Assembly: GCA_951406725.2 (NCBI GenBank)
Contig: OX597818.1
Span: 124,496,001 to 124,560,000, forward strand
Direction of reading: 5' to 3'
From: Octopus vulgaris
Taxonomy: Eukaryota
DNA length: 64,000 bases
In this document: in pieces, positions 38,906-51,568 of the stretch
How positions within the stretch are numbered: position 1 is the first letter of the stretch
How the letters are laid out: each line of letters opens with the position of its first letter
The notes under the pieces: generated by a model
Told to the model about the DNA's origin: nothing
What the model saw: only the letters and a program-made list of their open reading frames with translations
Database searches by the model: none
Program-made: the position numbers and the translations under genes

Positions 38906-39529
38906 GACAGGCTTCTTTCAGTTTCCATCTACCAAAACAACTCACATGACTTTGATTAGCCTGAGGCTATAGTAGAAGGCACTTGCCTGAGGTGCTATGC
39001 TGTGGGACTGAACCTGGAATTATTATGTGGTTGAGAAGCAAGCTTCTTACCACACAGCCACTCATGTGACTATGTCTATATGCTCCAGCTGTCTTGCTTT
39101 GGAATAGGTTTTGTTTTGTTGTATCTGGGGTTACTTGAATGTTTCATTAGTATATTGTTGCAGAATATATGAGTTGTGTTATTTCATTGGGTGATAATTG
39201 TCTGGAGTATGTGTTTATGTGTTATGTTATGTATTTTAGTAGCAGGTGGTGGTTTTATAGAATATATGTTATAGAGGTTACATTGTATTATTGGGTGTTA
39301 ATTGTATAAAAAAACGTGCTGAGTAACTTTATTGGTGGGGTATAAGATGTGTTATATTATTGGGTGTTGATTACGTAAAATTCATATTGTGCATTGAGTT
39401 ACTTGTTGGGTAGCAATTGTGTTATTGTTTTTATCAAGAAAGAATTGTTATTGCTATTATTGTTGTTGTTGCTGCTGCTGTTATTATTATTATATCTGCA
39501 ATATAAAATGGCAAGATAAGATACCAAAT

Positions 39530-39880
39530 GCCAAATGTTTTTTTTTAATGTGATATCTCCAGTATTGAAAGCATGCTGTCGAAAATTCAGAGCAGATGGG
39601 CAAGACATGTTGTTTGAATGCAAAGAGATTGCATTCTGAAAATTGTTTTGTATTGCCAACGAGCAGAGGGATTCTTCATTAAAAGAGGACCCCTGCTAAG
39701 GTATAAAGATAAGTTGAAACAATCACTAACATCCCTACAGCTTCGTTTAATGTCTTGAGGAAAATTACTGTCTAGATTGGTCTGAATGGTGTAAAATATG
39801 TCATGATGCATCTAAATAATTTGAGTTGAAAAAAGAGAACAATAAAAGAATTATATCTTGTAATCAGCAGACACATTTGT
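39530..39880 (+). mobile_element. Degenerate RTE (BovB-like) ORF C-terminal fragment
   Basis: SIESMLSKIQSRWARHVV*MQRDCILKIVLY... matches the RTE 'RWxGHVxRM...PK' region. Confidence 0.6.
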
Positions 39881-39896
39881 CCAATCCCAGGCAATC

Positions 39897-40902
39897 CCTT
39901 CCTAACGCCAACCACTCCGTGAGTGTAGTGGGTGCTTTTTATGTGCCACCGACACAGGTGCCAGGCGAGGCTGGCGAACAGCCACGATCGGATGGTGCTT
40001 TTTACGTGCCACCGGCACGGAGGCCAGGCGAGGCTGGCACGGCCATGATCGGATGGTGCTTTTTACCTGCCACTGGCACGGAGGCCAGGCGAGGCTGGGA
40101 ACAGCCACGATCGGATGGTGTTTGTTACATGCCACCAGCACGGAGGCCAGTCGATGCGGTGCTGGCTACGGCCATGTTCAAACACTCATACATCGAAATC
40201 AACAGGAGTGGCCATCATTGTTGTTGTTGCTGTTGCTGCAGTACAATCATTAACCTATCAGACCAAATGCTTCACAACATTTCTTCTGAGTTCAAATTCT
40301 ACCAAGGCCGACTTGGCATTTCATTTTTTCTTCATGGTTGATAATATAACGTATCAGCTGAATACTGGCATCAATGTAATCAATTTGCTCTTCTTCTAAA
40401 ATTGCTGGCCTTGTGCTGAAATTTGAAACTGTTGTTGTTGTTAACATATCAGACAAAATTCTTCAAAACACCGACATCAAAATCAATGGAAACTGCAGTT
40501 CTGATCCCTGAGCTGGTGGCACGTAAACAGCGCCATCTGAAGGTGGCTGATGCCAGCGTCGCCTCGACTGGCTTCCGTGCCGGTGGCACGTAAAAAGCAC
40601 CATCCGAATCGTGGCTGATGCCAGTGCCGCCTCGACTGGCTTCCGTGCCGGTGGCATGTAAAATGCACCAATCCGATCGTGGCCGTCGCCAGCCTCGCCT
40701 GGCACCTGTGAAGGTGGCACGTAAAAAGCACCCACTACACTCACGGAGTGGTTGGCATTAGGAAGGGCATCCAGCTGTAGAAACACTACCAGATCAGACT
40801 GGAGCCTGGTGCAGCCTTCTGGCTTCCCAGATCCCCGGTCGAACCATCCAACCCATGCCAGCATGGAGAACAGACGTTAAACGATGATGATGATGATGAT
40901 GA
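39897..40902. mobile_element. Two RTE 3' UTR copies in inverted orientation (39897-40178 -, 40466-40902 +), each with four internal units
   Basis: Units GGTGCTTTTTACGTGCCACCGGCAC (left) and GTGCCGGTGGCACGTAAAAAGCACC (right). Confidence 0.8.
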
Positions 40903-41493
40903 TTTCTAATTCTTTGTGTTCTGAGTTCAAAATTCTGCTAAGGTCAACTTTGCCTTTCATCCTTTTGGAGGTTGATAAAGTAAATACCTGTTGAGTATTG
41001 GAGTCGATATAATCAACTTAACCCTTTCCCTTCAGTTGCTGGCCTTGTGTCAAAATTTGAAGCCATCGTCAGCATCATCATAATTATTGTTTCTATTATT
41101 GGCAGAACTATTAGCATGCTGCGCAAAATGCTTAGTGGTATTTCGTCTGCCACTATATTCTGAGTTCAAACTCCACCAAGGTCAGCTTTGTTTTTCATTT
41201 TTTCGGGGTTGATAAATTAGGCACCAGTTGAGCACTGGGGTTGGTATAATTGACTTACCCTCTCCTCTTGAATTTCAGGCCTTGTGCCTATAGTAGAAAG
41301 GATTATTATTATTGTTATTATTATTATGTTTTTTCCTTCTTTCTTCAAATTTTCTTCCGTTTCTCGCCGAGTGCTTTCCATATGCCTAGGGCAGAGAAGG
41401 GCATTGTATGCATTCCCAGATTACATGCGCAAATTCACAGATAAAATATGTATTTAAAAATTAATAAATAAATAATGAATTAATAAATTATTA

Positions 41494-41548
<55 letters not shown>

Positions 41549-42424
41549 CTAAGACAGCAGTCTGCCAGAATTGATAATATGTAGGAACAAAATGCTTAAC
41601 AGCAATTCTCTCAGTGCCTTATGTTCTGAGTTCAAATTCCACCAAGGTTGACTTTGCTTTTCATCCTTTCAGGGTTGATAAAATAAGTATCAGTTGAGCA
41701 CTGGGATTCATATGATCAATTAGCCCCTTCCCCAAAAAATTTCAGTCCTTATACCTATGGCAAGCTGACAGAAAAGGCAGCAAGTTGGCAGAATCATTAG
41801 CAAACCAAGTGAAATGCTTAGCAGTATTTCATCAGCTGCTATGTTCTGAGTTCAAATTCTGCTGAGGTCAACTTTGCCTTTCATCCTTTCGGGGGGTCAA
41901 TGAAATAAGTACCAGTTATGCGCTGGAGTCGATGTAATCACCTATTCCAAATCCCAAAATTTCAGGCTTTGTCTCTATAGTAGAAAAAATTATTATTTAT
42001 GTCCTTTTATAATCTAATTGACAACTTTCGCTTGCAATGTTTATATGTTCCTAAAGAGAAAAACTCTTATGTCTGTTTTTGTCTTTTTGTTTCGTTTTCC
42101 TTTTCTGCATGTGTACTCTACAAAGCTTAAAGTGCAGTTAAATGAGGACCCAAAAGACAATTAGCAAAGGTGATTACCTTAGATGTGGTACATGCAAATC
42201 TAAAAACCCAGTTTTCAGTGATGCAGCAATACTAATTAGAGACTATCAAATCTTTCTCTATTATGTTTATAATAGATTTAGCAGAAGAGGAAAACATTCC
42301 TCATTGTTACCTTGTTTATTATATTCATCAATAGACCTGTTGTTGTAAACAGCCAGGACTCTTTCTCTAGTCAGTAAATATAACTAACTGCTGATTTTCA
42401 ACAGTACGCTACTACACATGCACA

Positions 42425-42492
<68 letters not shown>

Positions 42493-42692
42493 ACACTTAC
42501 GCATGACCACACAAACATATAATAGATTTCACATACATACATACAATTCTCGAACACAACCTGGTGGTGTATATATAGTCATCAGACATCTGCACAAATA
42601 TATATGTACACATGCACACACGTACACTCATACACATAGGTACACAACTACCACTGACGTATATACATTGAGACAAACACTATGATGTGCAC

Positions 42693-42728
<36 letters not shown>

Positions 42729-42898
42729 AATACATGCACCCATGCATCTATCATAAGCACAACACACAGACACACACACTTATGTACACATACATTCATA
42801 CGTACGAACAGATAAGTGTATGTTCACGCTGAAATACAATCACACACCCACATACATACATACCCACACACATATCCATATATGTATACACATCATCA

Positions 42899-43315
42899 TG
42901 TGCAGGAGTGGCTGTGTGGTAAGTAGCTTGCTAACCAACCACATGGATCCGGGTTCAGTCCCACTGCGTGGCACCTTGGGCAAATGTCTTCTACTATAGC
43001 CTCGGGCCGACCAATGCCTTCTAAGTGGATTTGGTAGACGGAAACTGAAAGAAGCCTGTCGTATATATGTATGTATATCTATATGTATGTGTGTGTGTGT
43101 GTTTGTGTGTCTGTGTTTGTCCCCCTAGCATTGCTTGACAACCGATGCTGGTGTGTTTATGTCCCCCGTCACTTAGCGGTTCGGCAAAAAGGGACCGATA
43201 GAATAAGTACTGGGCTTACAAAGAATAAGTCCCGGGGTCGATTTGCTCGACTAAAGGCGGTGCTCCAGCATGGCTGCAGTCAAATGACTGAAACAAATAA
43301 AAGAAAAAGATAAAA
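42899..43315 (+). mobile_element. SINE family A, full length
   Basis: Head, CORE-like segment, microsatellite and tail as in other copies. Confidence 0.88.
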
Positions 43316-43612
43316 AATGTATATGCATAGGCATACAAAAAAAATATGCACATACAGACAGGTGTCTGCAATTCACATACATAAACTAAAACAAACATCC
43401 ACCAAACACAAATACACGCCAAGAGGCATCCACATGCAGACATTATGCATCCATATAATGCATACCTACCTGTACATCCTGTGCACTAGGACACACGCAT
43501 GGCTACACAAAGACAAGCATCTTACGCACATTTTTATGCCCACACAAAGGCAAAGCTCTACCATGAACACACACACAGTCATACACTCGCTTACACACAC
43601 AAATGTACTTAC

Positions 43613-44032
43613 CTCTCTTACTCTTTACTCTTTTACTAGTTTCAGTCATTTGACTGCGGCCATGCTGGAGCATCGCCTTTAATCGAGCAACTCGACCCCA
43701 GGACTTATTCTTTTTGTAAGCCCAGTACTTATTCTAGCGGTCTCTTTTGCCGAACCGTTATGTGACGGGGACATAAACACACCAGCATCGGTTCTCAAGC
43801 GATGTTGGATGGGACAAACACAGACACACAAACATACACGCACACATACATACATATATATACATATATATGATGGGCTTCTTTCAGTTTCCGTCTACGA
43901 AATCCACTCACAAGGCTTTGGTCGGCCCGAAGCTATAGTAGAAGACACTTGCCTAAGGTGCCACGCAGTGGGACTGAACCCGGAACCATGTGGTTGGTAA
44001 ACAAGCTACTTACCCCACAGCCACTCCTGCAC
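43613..44032 (-). mobile_element. SINE family A, full length
   Basis: Reverse complement of 42899-43315. Confidence 0.88.
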
Positions 44033-44325
44033 CTATTCATGTTCTTTTTTTTTTCTTGTGTGTATTTGCCTATAATAGTTTAAGTGGAACATTAATGGTA
44101 TTAAGGTTACCAGTCTCAGAGGGACCCTCTTCCTCCAGACTTGACATGTGAAAAAGCAAAAAAACTATCATGCATATGAGCTGGTACATGAGCTCACACA
44201 TATACACTGAGATAGACCTCCATCATTGATAACACACACACACACATCTAATATAAATGCTCATCATTATTATATGACATGCCTTGGGCATAAAAATCTA
44301 GTGAAGCCCCACCCCACTCTCTGGT

Positions 44326-44606
44326 TTAATCCTTTTGTTACTGTATTTATTTTAAGATGCTCTGTGTTTCTTTCAATTATTTTTACCCTTTCGTTACCAA
44401 CCCGACTGAAACCGGCTCTGGCTCTGAGTAACAATGTTTTGTTTTCAAAAGTCCTGAATTAAAATCTTCCACCAAACCTTAGTCACAATTTATGTTCCTA
44501 ACACTTGCTGAATGATAACTAAGTTATTTTACTAAATTCTTTGTCATATTTAAAATTAATTGAAAGAAACCCAGATCATCTCAAAATAAATACAGTAATG
44601 AAAGGG
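44326..44606. mobile_element. piggyBac-like MITE (composite)
   Basis: Ends TTAA-TCCTTTTGTTACTGTATTTATTTT / AAAATAAATACAGTAATGAAAGGG. Internal CCCTTTCGTTACCAACCC segment also at 48692-48820. Confidence 0.55.
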
Positions 44607-44899
44607 TGTCTGTTTGTCCCCCTAGCATTGCTTGACAACCGATGCTGGTGTGTTTATGTCCCCGTTACTTAGCGGTTCGGCAAAAGAGACCGATAGAATA
44701 AGTACTGGGCTTACAAAAAGAATAAGTCTCGGGGTCGAGTTGCTCGATTAAAGGCGGTGCTCCAGCATGGCCGCAGTCAAATGACTGAAACAAGTAAAAG
44801 AGTAAACAACACATTACATTTGTTCTTTAGCAGGCTTTCATTTATAACGTGTTTGTATCTGTGCTTAATGTGTCTGTGTGTGCGTGTGTGTGTGTTTGT

Positions 44900-44942
<43 letters not shown>

Positions 44943-45469
44943 AGTGTGTGTGCGTCTGATCTTTTTATTTACTAATCTATCTGTTTATTCATTTGTCAAA
45001 ATGCTTTGTGACAGCAGAACCATTGTTCTCAACACTCCAAAATAAAACAAAATCAAAACATGGGCCACACACTGCACATCACAAACACACGCACAAAGCA
45101 CTACACTCATGTACATATATATATACACAAAAGTATACTTGCTGAATGAAAGAGAAAGAACTTGATACTAAATGTTAGCATTGATTCAAAAGACAGCAAC
45201 ACTAGCTGCAGTCGTACTCTTTTGTGTTCCAGAAAGTTCTTTCTTCAATTAATTTTTGACTGAGAAATACCTTCATTATTATAGTGAGTTGAAGAGCAAA
45301 GATGTATTACACACATTCTATAGCCTTTGTTATTGTTGTTGTAAACATATATATATACATACATACATCTCATACACACACACACACACACACACACCCT
45401 TATACATACTAATACATACACCAACCCTATACATACACACATCCAGACCCCTCCCACGCACTTTTAGCT

Positions 45470-45765
45470 GGTCCCTCAACCCTTTTATCAACCCTATTAT
45501 CTCCCCTTATTTCGCTCTCGCGTCTCATGTTTGATCTTTGACCTCTGGCCGAAATCAGATCGCCATGTTGATTCGTTAGCTACTGCACGCATTTTTTTTC
45601 TCTCCTTCTTTCTGTGTTTTTCTCTCTCTGTGTATCTTTCTGTTGAAGAGCGTAGGCTCGAAACGTTAAAGACTTGTTTTATTTATATTTCCTGAGCGCC
45701 ATACTAATACAATTGTTCGTTTGTTTTCCACCTGCCTTCGTCTTTTGTTTATTTTCATAAAGCTT

Positions 45766-45768
<3 letters not shown>
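45470..45768 (+). mobile_element. Penelope-like terminal-repeat fragment with minimal hammerhead-like motif (45635-45672)
   Basis: TCTTT-CTGTTGAA-GAGC-GTAG-GCTC-GAAA-CGTT-AAAGA; ends at a TA microsatellite. Confidence 0.65.
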
Positions 45769-45828
<60 letters not shown>

Positions 45829-45850
45829 CATATATACATACATACATACA

Positions 45851-45909
<59 letters not shown>

Positions 45910-45955
45910 TGGATTCTCTCATCGAAGCCGATGAATGAGGATATATATATGTATG

Positions 45956-46027
<72 letters not shown>

Positions 46028-46199
46028 ATGTATGTATGTATATATATATATATTCATTGACTGGAAATAGAGTAAACTAATTTTGACAGACTGTTAAATA
46101 TCTAGATAAACATCTTTTTTTTCTTCTATGTAATTAAACACACATATGTACATTTACATTTGAGTATACAAATAAGAATACTCAATAGAAACAAGTAGA

Positions 46200-46236
<37 letters not shown>

Positions 46237-46420
46237 TACTATATATGCTGAGAATATTCTTCAATATAACTAAACTTGCTCGTTTCCAATCCTCAGACAA
46301 TGAACAAAAATATTCTCATTGTAAGAGTGTCAGCGACCAAGAAACTACTACTTGCACAATAAAGGAATATTCTAATATTCATAACTTATTATAATACATG
46401 CAGTATTCCCACACCATCTT

Positions 46421-46457
<37 letters not shown>

Positions 46458-46560
46458 ATCTCTCCCTCTCTCTCTCTCTCTCACTTTCTCTCTCTTGCTC
46501 TCTTTCTCTTTTCTCTCTCTATTTTCAACTAGGGAAGCCATGTGTTCCTTCCTTCAACAA

Positions 46561-46725
46561 GGCGCAGGAGTGGCTGTGTGGTAACTAGCTTGCTTACGAA
46601 CCACATGGTTCCGGGTTCAGTCCCACTGCGTGGCACCTTGGGCAAGTGTCTTCTGCTATAGCCTCGGGCCGACCAAAGCCTTGTGAGTGGATTTGGTAGA
46701 CGGAAACTGAAAGAAGCCCGTCGCA

Positions 46726-46787
<62 letters not shown>

Positions 46788-47008
46788 TGTGTATGTTTGT
46801 GTGTCTGTGTTTGTCCCCCTAGCATTGTTTGACAACCGATGCTGGTGTGTTTATGTCCCCGTCACTTAGCAGTTCGGCAAAAGAGACTGATAGAATAAGT
46901 ACTGGGCTTACAAAGTATAAGTCCCGGGGTCGAGTTGCTCGACTAAAGGCGGTGCTCCAGCATGGCCGCAGTCAACTGACTGAAGCAAGTAAAAGAGTAA
47001 AAGAGTAA
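46561..47008 (+). mobile_element. SINE family A, full length, little diverged
   Basis: GGCGCAGGAGTGGCTGTGTGG ... GTAAAAGAGTAAAAGAG, CpG-rich. Confidence 0.9.
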
Positions 47009-47544
47009 ACGCATCTGTTCCTGTCATCTATCATACTTTCATGTTTTTCTACATTATACCCCACTCAACGAAGGAAGAGTCTTGTTTTTTTGTGAGTTCT
47101 TGGTGACCTCTGGTGCCACAAAAGAAAGCACCCAGTACACTCTGTAAAGTGGTTGGCATCAGGAAAGGCATCCAGCTGTAGAAACCAAGCCAAAGCAGAC
47201 ATTGGAGCTTGGTGCAGCCCTCTGGCCTCATTGATTCCTGTTGAACCATCCAACCCATGCCAGCATCGGAAAAAGAACATTAAAAATGAGGTTGTGGTGG
47301 TGGTGGTGGTGGTGGTGTTAGAGGAGGGAGAGGAGGGAGAGGAGGAGGACTATAATAGTGTTTGAAAGCCACTAATTTCATTGACAGTAAGCATTTGGTA
47401 ATATTGTCTATGACTGCATTAAGTGGCTTCCACTGTACTCATTTATTTGTTTAACATCCATTTTTTCAACCAAGTATGGGTTTGATGGAGACTTGCTTTT
47501 CATTTCACAGTTAAGACTTATTAAAACCAAAATATTGCAAAAAA

Positions 47545-47858
47545 CTCTCCTCTCTCTCTTTCTTTCTCTCTCTCTTTCTTTCTCTCTCTCTCTCTTTCTC
47601 TTTCTCTTTCTCTCTCTCTTTCTCCCTCTCTCTCCCTCTCTCTTTCTCTCTTTCTCCCTCTCTCTCTCTTTCTCCCTCTCTCTCTCTCTCTTTCTCTCTT
47701 TCTCCCTCTCTCTTTCTCTCTTTCTCCTCTCTCCCTCTCTCTCTCTTTCTCCCTCTCTCTCTTTCTCCTTCTCTCTCCCTCCCTCTCTTTCTCCTCCTCT
47801 CTCCCTCTCTCTCTTTCTCTCTTTCTCCTCCTCTCTCCCTCTCTCTCTCTTTCTCCTC

Positions 47859-47898
<40 letters not shown>

Positions 47899-47915
47899 TA
47901 CACACACACACACAC
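47545..47915. repeat. Polypyrimidine (CT-rich) tract followed by (CA)n
   Basis: About 350 nt of only C/T on the plus strand; explains the ER/SL-rich ORFs. Confidence 0.95.
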
Positions 47916-48293
47916 ATGCACACATTTGCATGGCTGTGGCTTTTGCCATTATACTCAGTCTATATTTTCTGAAGACTTACAAACTATAAATTACATGAAA
48001 CAGTTTAACATTCACAGTTTTTGTGGTTTAAGAACTATTGACTCTAAATCAAACAAAAACACAAGTATTGCTGTATGATTTAGAAGTTCTGAGTTTAAAC
48101 CCACTGTGTGGCATCTCAAGCGAGTGACTTCTAATATTATAGCCTCAAATTGGCTAATATTTTGTAAGTTAAGCTTCATAAACAGAAACTGTGCAGGACC
48201 CTACCAAAGGATATTGACATTTAAGCGTCCAGTTATTCAATCTACTAAATGATCTATTCACTGAATTAGTATGTGAAATGGTTGACACATGGA

Positions 48294-48516
48294 CCTTTAG
48301 CATTTACATTATTCTGTCAAAAGAAATGCTTACTTATTCACATTGTTTTGAATTAATCATGCATTATTTTGTAGCTTTCAGATTCTGATGAAGTAACTCT
48401 CAATTTTTAGAATGATTTCGTAGGATTGATCTGAGAGGCTAGATCTGGCCAATTTGAACATAAAACATGTAAAACAATTTGACTGGATATGGCCAGTTTA
48501 AATGCTAAAGGGTTAA
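48294..48516. mobile_element. piggyBac-like MITE
   Basis: TIRs CCTTTAGCATTTA / TAAATGCTAAAGGG followed by TTAA; same family as 54209-54757. Confidence 0.7.
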
Positions 48517-48839
48517 CATAATTTTCAAGTAGATTCAATACGATACAGTGTGACAAGGCTGGATCCTTGGATTATACTGTGTAACATGATTTTTGTCCTT
48601 GGGTAGCAACTGTTATTTCCTATTTTCTTACCCCTGGAAAGTATGAAAAATGGCTAATATTTCCTTCAAACTTTGCTCTTGTTACATTTATTAACCCTTT
48701 CGTTACCAACCCAGCTGAAACCGGCTCTGGCTCTGAGTACAAATGTCTTGTTTTCATAAGTTTTGTATTAAAATCTTCCACCAAACCTTAGTCACAGTTT
48801 ATGCTCCTAACACTTTACTTTAGTAAATAATGAACAAAG

Positions 48840-49480
48840 AATTGATTTGGACCACCAATACCTGCAGATAAGATCTGCTCTTTGTGGATCTTAACATGTC
48901 TTTTGAGGCCTCCGTTGAATTTGCAAACCTTCTGGCATACACTGCGTTCAAAGAGTGCACAGACATATAGTCAGAATAGTTGGTGGAGGTTCGTTTTCCA
49001 TGCATTCGCAGATGAGATTTGAGTCCAGCCAAAGACAGCATGGTCTGTCACAGACTGTACACACGAAAAAGTTCATTGTCATTCACCTTCTCGATCGTAA
49101 CATTCTTCCTTAGATCTCTTTTGTCTCTTACTTGCGTTAACCTGGCCTCTTCAAATGCTTTTACTCCACTCCACACCTTTGTTCACCATCCAACTCTATC
49201 TGAAGCAAGGGTTTCTATATCTTCTAGAACCATTCCAAGTGACTTCATAGTAGTCCTTATGGTGTCCTTAAACCTATTTTTAGGTTTACATTGATAGCTT
49301 TTCCCCTCTGCAAGCTCACCATAAAACAGCTGTTTTGGCATGCATTTATCTGCCATTCAAACAATATGGCCACACCATCTTATTTAGTTCCTCAAAATCA
49401 TAGCTTTAATTGAAGTAATACCTGCAGAGGCAAGGACATCTGTATTTGGAGTAAAAGAACTCCATTTAATTTTTAAAGTA
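48840..49480 (-). mobile_element. RTE (BovB-like) ORF C-terminal fragment with C2H2 finger
   Basis: Minus strand WCGHIV*MADKCMPKQLFYGELAEG...RFKDT...LASDRVGW, then SLAGLKSHLRMH. Confidence 0.75.
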
Positions 49481-49802
49481 CCTGTGCAGATGAATAATTT
49501 TCAGTGGGTGTAGCTTGCACTGCACTACCCCCATCAATTGGCCCAAGAAGATTTTTGCTGGTGTGACATGAAAATTGACAAAACCAGAAACTTCCAGGCC
49601 TCAGGTTTTATTTCAGAGATTTCCTTCTCCTAGGTAGATTACCAACCAAGGTTAAATAGCTTCTACCTGCCCATGAGGTAAGTTATCCCAATGAACCTTT
49701 ATACAAATATACCTTTTCAAAGAGATATTATAAACCTATTATAATGGGAAATACTACGTGTACTTTTTATTTCGTGATGTAATCTTTGGACTAACAATGT
49801 TT

Positions 49803-49899
49803 GTGGCTGAAGAGAGCTTTAAACCATCTTTTATATCAATAATATACCTATGCTGATGTAATAACAGATTGTTTATAAAGCTTGAAACACGTGTACTGC
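49803..49899 (+). ncRNA. Type I hammerhead ribozyme motif (Penelope-type) with long stem II and palindromic stem III
   Basis: GTGG-CTGAAGA-GAGCTTTAAAC...GTTTATAAAGCTT-GAAA-C-ACGT-G-TA-CTGC. Canonical core at 49807-49813, GAAA at 49884-49887, GUA triplet ending 49895. Confidence 0.75.
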
Positions 49900-49944
49900 G
49901 ATATCCTTTGTCTTCTGTTTTTAATTTATGTTTGATATATGTAC

Positions 49945-50041
<97 letters not shown>

Positions 50042-50773
50042 ATATATATTACTTTCTCTCTCACACTTTGTTACATAGCTCTCTCTATCTTTCTGCCTAT
50101 CTACTTTATCTAACACTCGTCATCTCTTACCCTGTTCCTCTTTCACCCTCATGATCTTTCAATCTCAATGTCACTCAATTACTCTCTTTCTCATTCACTC
50201 ACATACTTCTTCTCCTTATTCTCTTATTCTTTTGCTTTTTGTCTTCTCCATCTCCCACCTCCCTATTTGACTTTTTCACTCCCATCTTCATTATTTCATA
50301 TTCTCTCTCTCTCTCTCTTTCTTTCTTTCTTGTAAAGTCTTATAAGTATTCATTTAGCTTCAGCTGGAGGAAATCTATTTTAATTCTGACATTTAAAAAA
50401 TGTTTAACTATGAACATGACAAACATGACAATATTAACTGCAAAAATGCCCAAAAATATTTGGTTAGTTGTGAAGCTAAAATAGTTATAACATAATTAGT
50501 GTTAATTTCCTTACAATAATTGAGCTTCACTAATTAAGTTATTACAATTTGTCTGAGATGTTTCTTTTAAGAAAATAATTATTACCTGTAGCTTTCGTCA
50601 ATAAATAGAATTTCCTAATTTAGTAAGCATATACATATACAAAATGTTTGCTTAAATATATATATATTCATGTGTGCATGTATGTATATATATATATATA
50701 TATATGTATACATATATATATATATATGTGTGTGTCTATATATATATGTGTGTGCATATATATATATATGTAT

Positions 50774-51113
50774 AGGTGCAGGAGTGGTTGTGTGGCAAGT
50801 AGCTTGCTTACCAACCACATGGTTCCAGGTTCAGTCCCACTGTGTAGCACCTTGAGCAAGTATCTTCTACTAGTCTCGGGCCAACCAAACCCTTGTGAGT
50901 GGATTTGGTAGACGGAAACTAAAAGAAGCCCATCATATATATATGTGTGTGTGTGTGTTTGCATCCCCATAACTTAGCAGTTCAGCAAAATAGGCCGATA
51001 GAATAAGTACTAAGCTAATAGACCGATAGAATAAATTCTGGGGTTCATTTGCTTGACTAAAGGCAGTGCTTCAGCATGGCCACAGTCAAATGACTGAAAC
51101 AAGTAAAGGAGTA
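50774..51113 (+). mobile_element. SINE family A, internally deleted
   Basis: Head and tail as in other copies. Confidence 0.8.
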
Positions 51114-51336
51114 ATATACACACACACACACTCACACATACATATATGTAACATATATGTATTCTTTGTTAATAGGATTGTACATGACAAGATCCTTCAG
51201 GTGAAACAGCTGTAATGTGATCACTAAGATATATATATGTGTGTGTGCGTGTATATATATATATTTATATATATGCAATCGCACAACAGCTGTTTCACCT
51301 GAAGAATCTCCATGTTTTCAACTTATATATATATAT

Positions 51337-51568
51337 ATTTCTTTACTGCCCACAAGGGGCTAAACATAGAGGGGACAAACAAGAACAGACAAAGGGATTA
51401 AGTCGATTACATCGATCCCCAGTGCGTAACTGGTACTTTATTTATCAACTCCGAAAGGATGAAAGGCAAAGTCGACCTCGGTGGAATTTGAACTCAGAAC
51501 GTAACGACAGACGAAATACCACTAAGCATTTCACCCAGTGCGCTAACGTTTCTGCCAACTCGCCGCCT
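51337..51568 (-). mobile_element. SINE family B, full length, in a TA run
   Basis: Matches 28665-28899. Confidence 0.88.

Noticed and set aside
39931-40145. Regularly spaced GC-rich repeats as a CRISPR-like array
   Set aside because: The intervening sequences are homologous to each other; this is the tandem unit of the RTE 3' UTR.
41340-41480. Possible minus-strand hammerhead in a short insert within (ATT)n
   Set aside because: GAAACG and a possible stem I exist, but there is no CUGANGA-like core.
47408-47972. ER-rich and SL-rich ORFs on both strands
   Set aside because: Products of the CT/GA tract.
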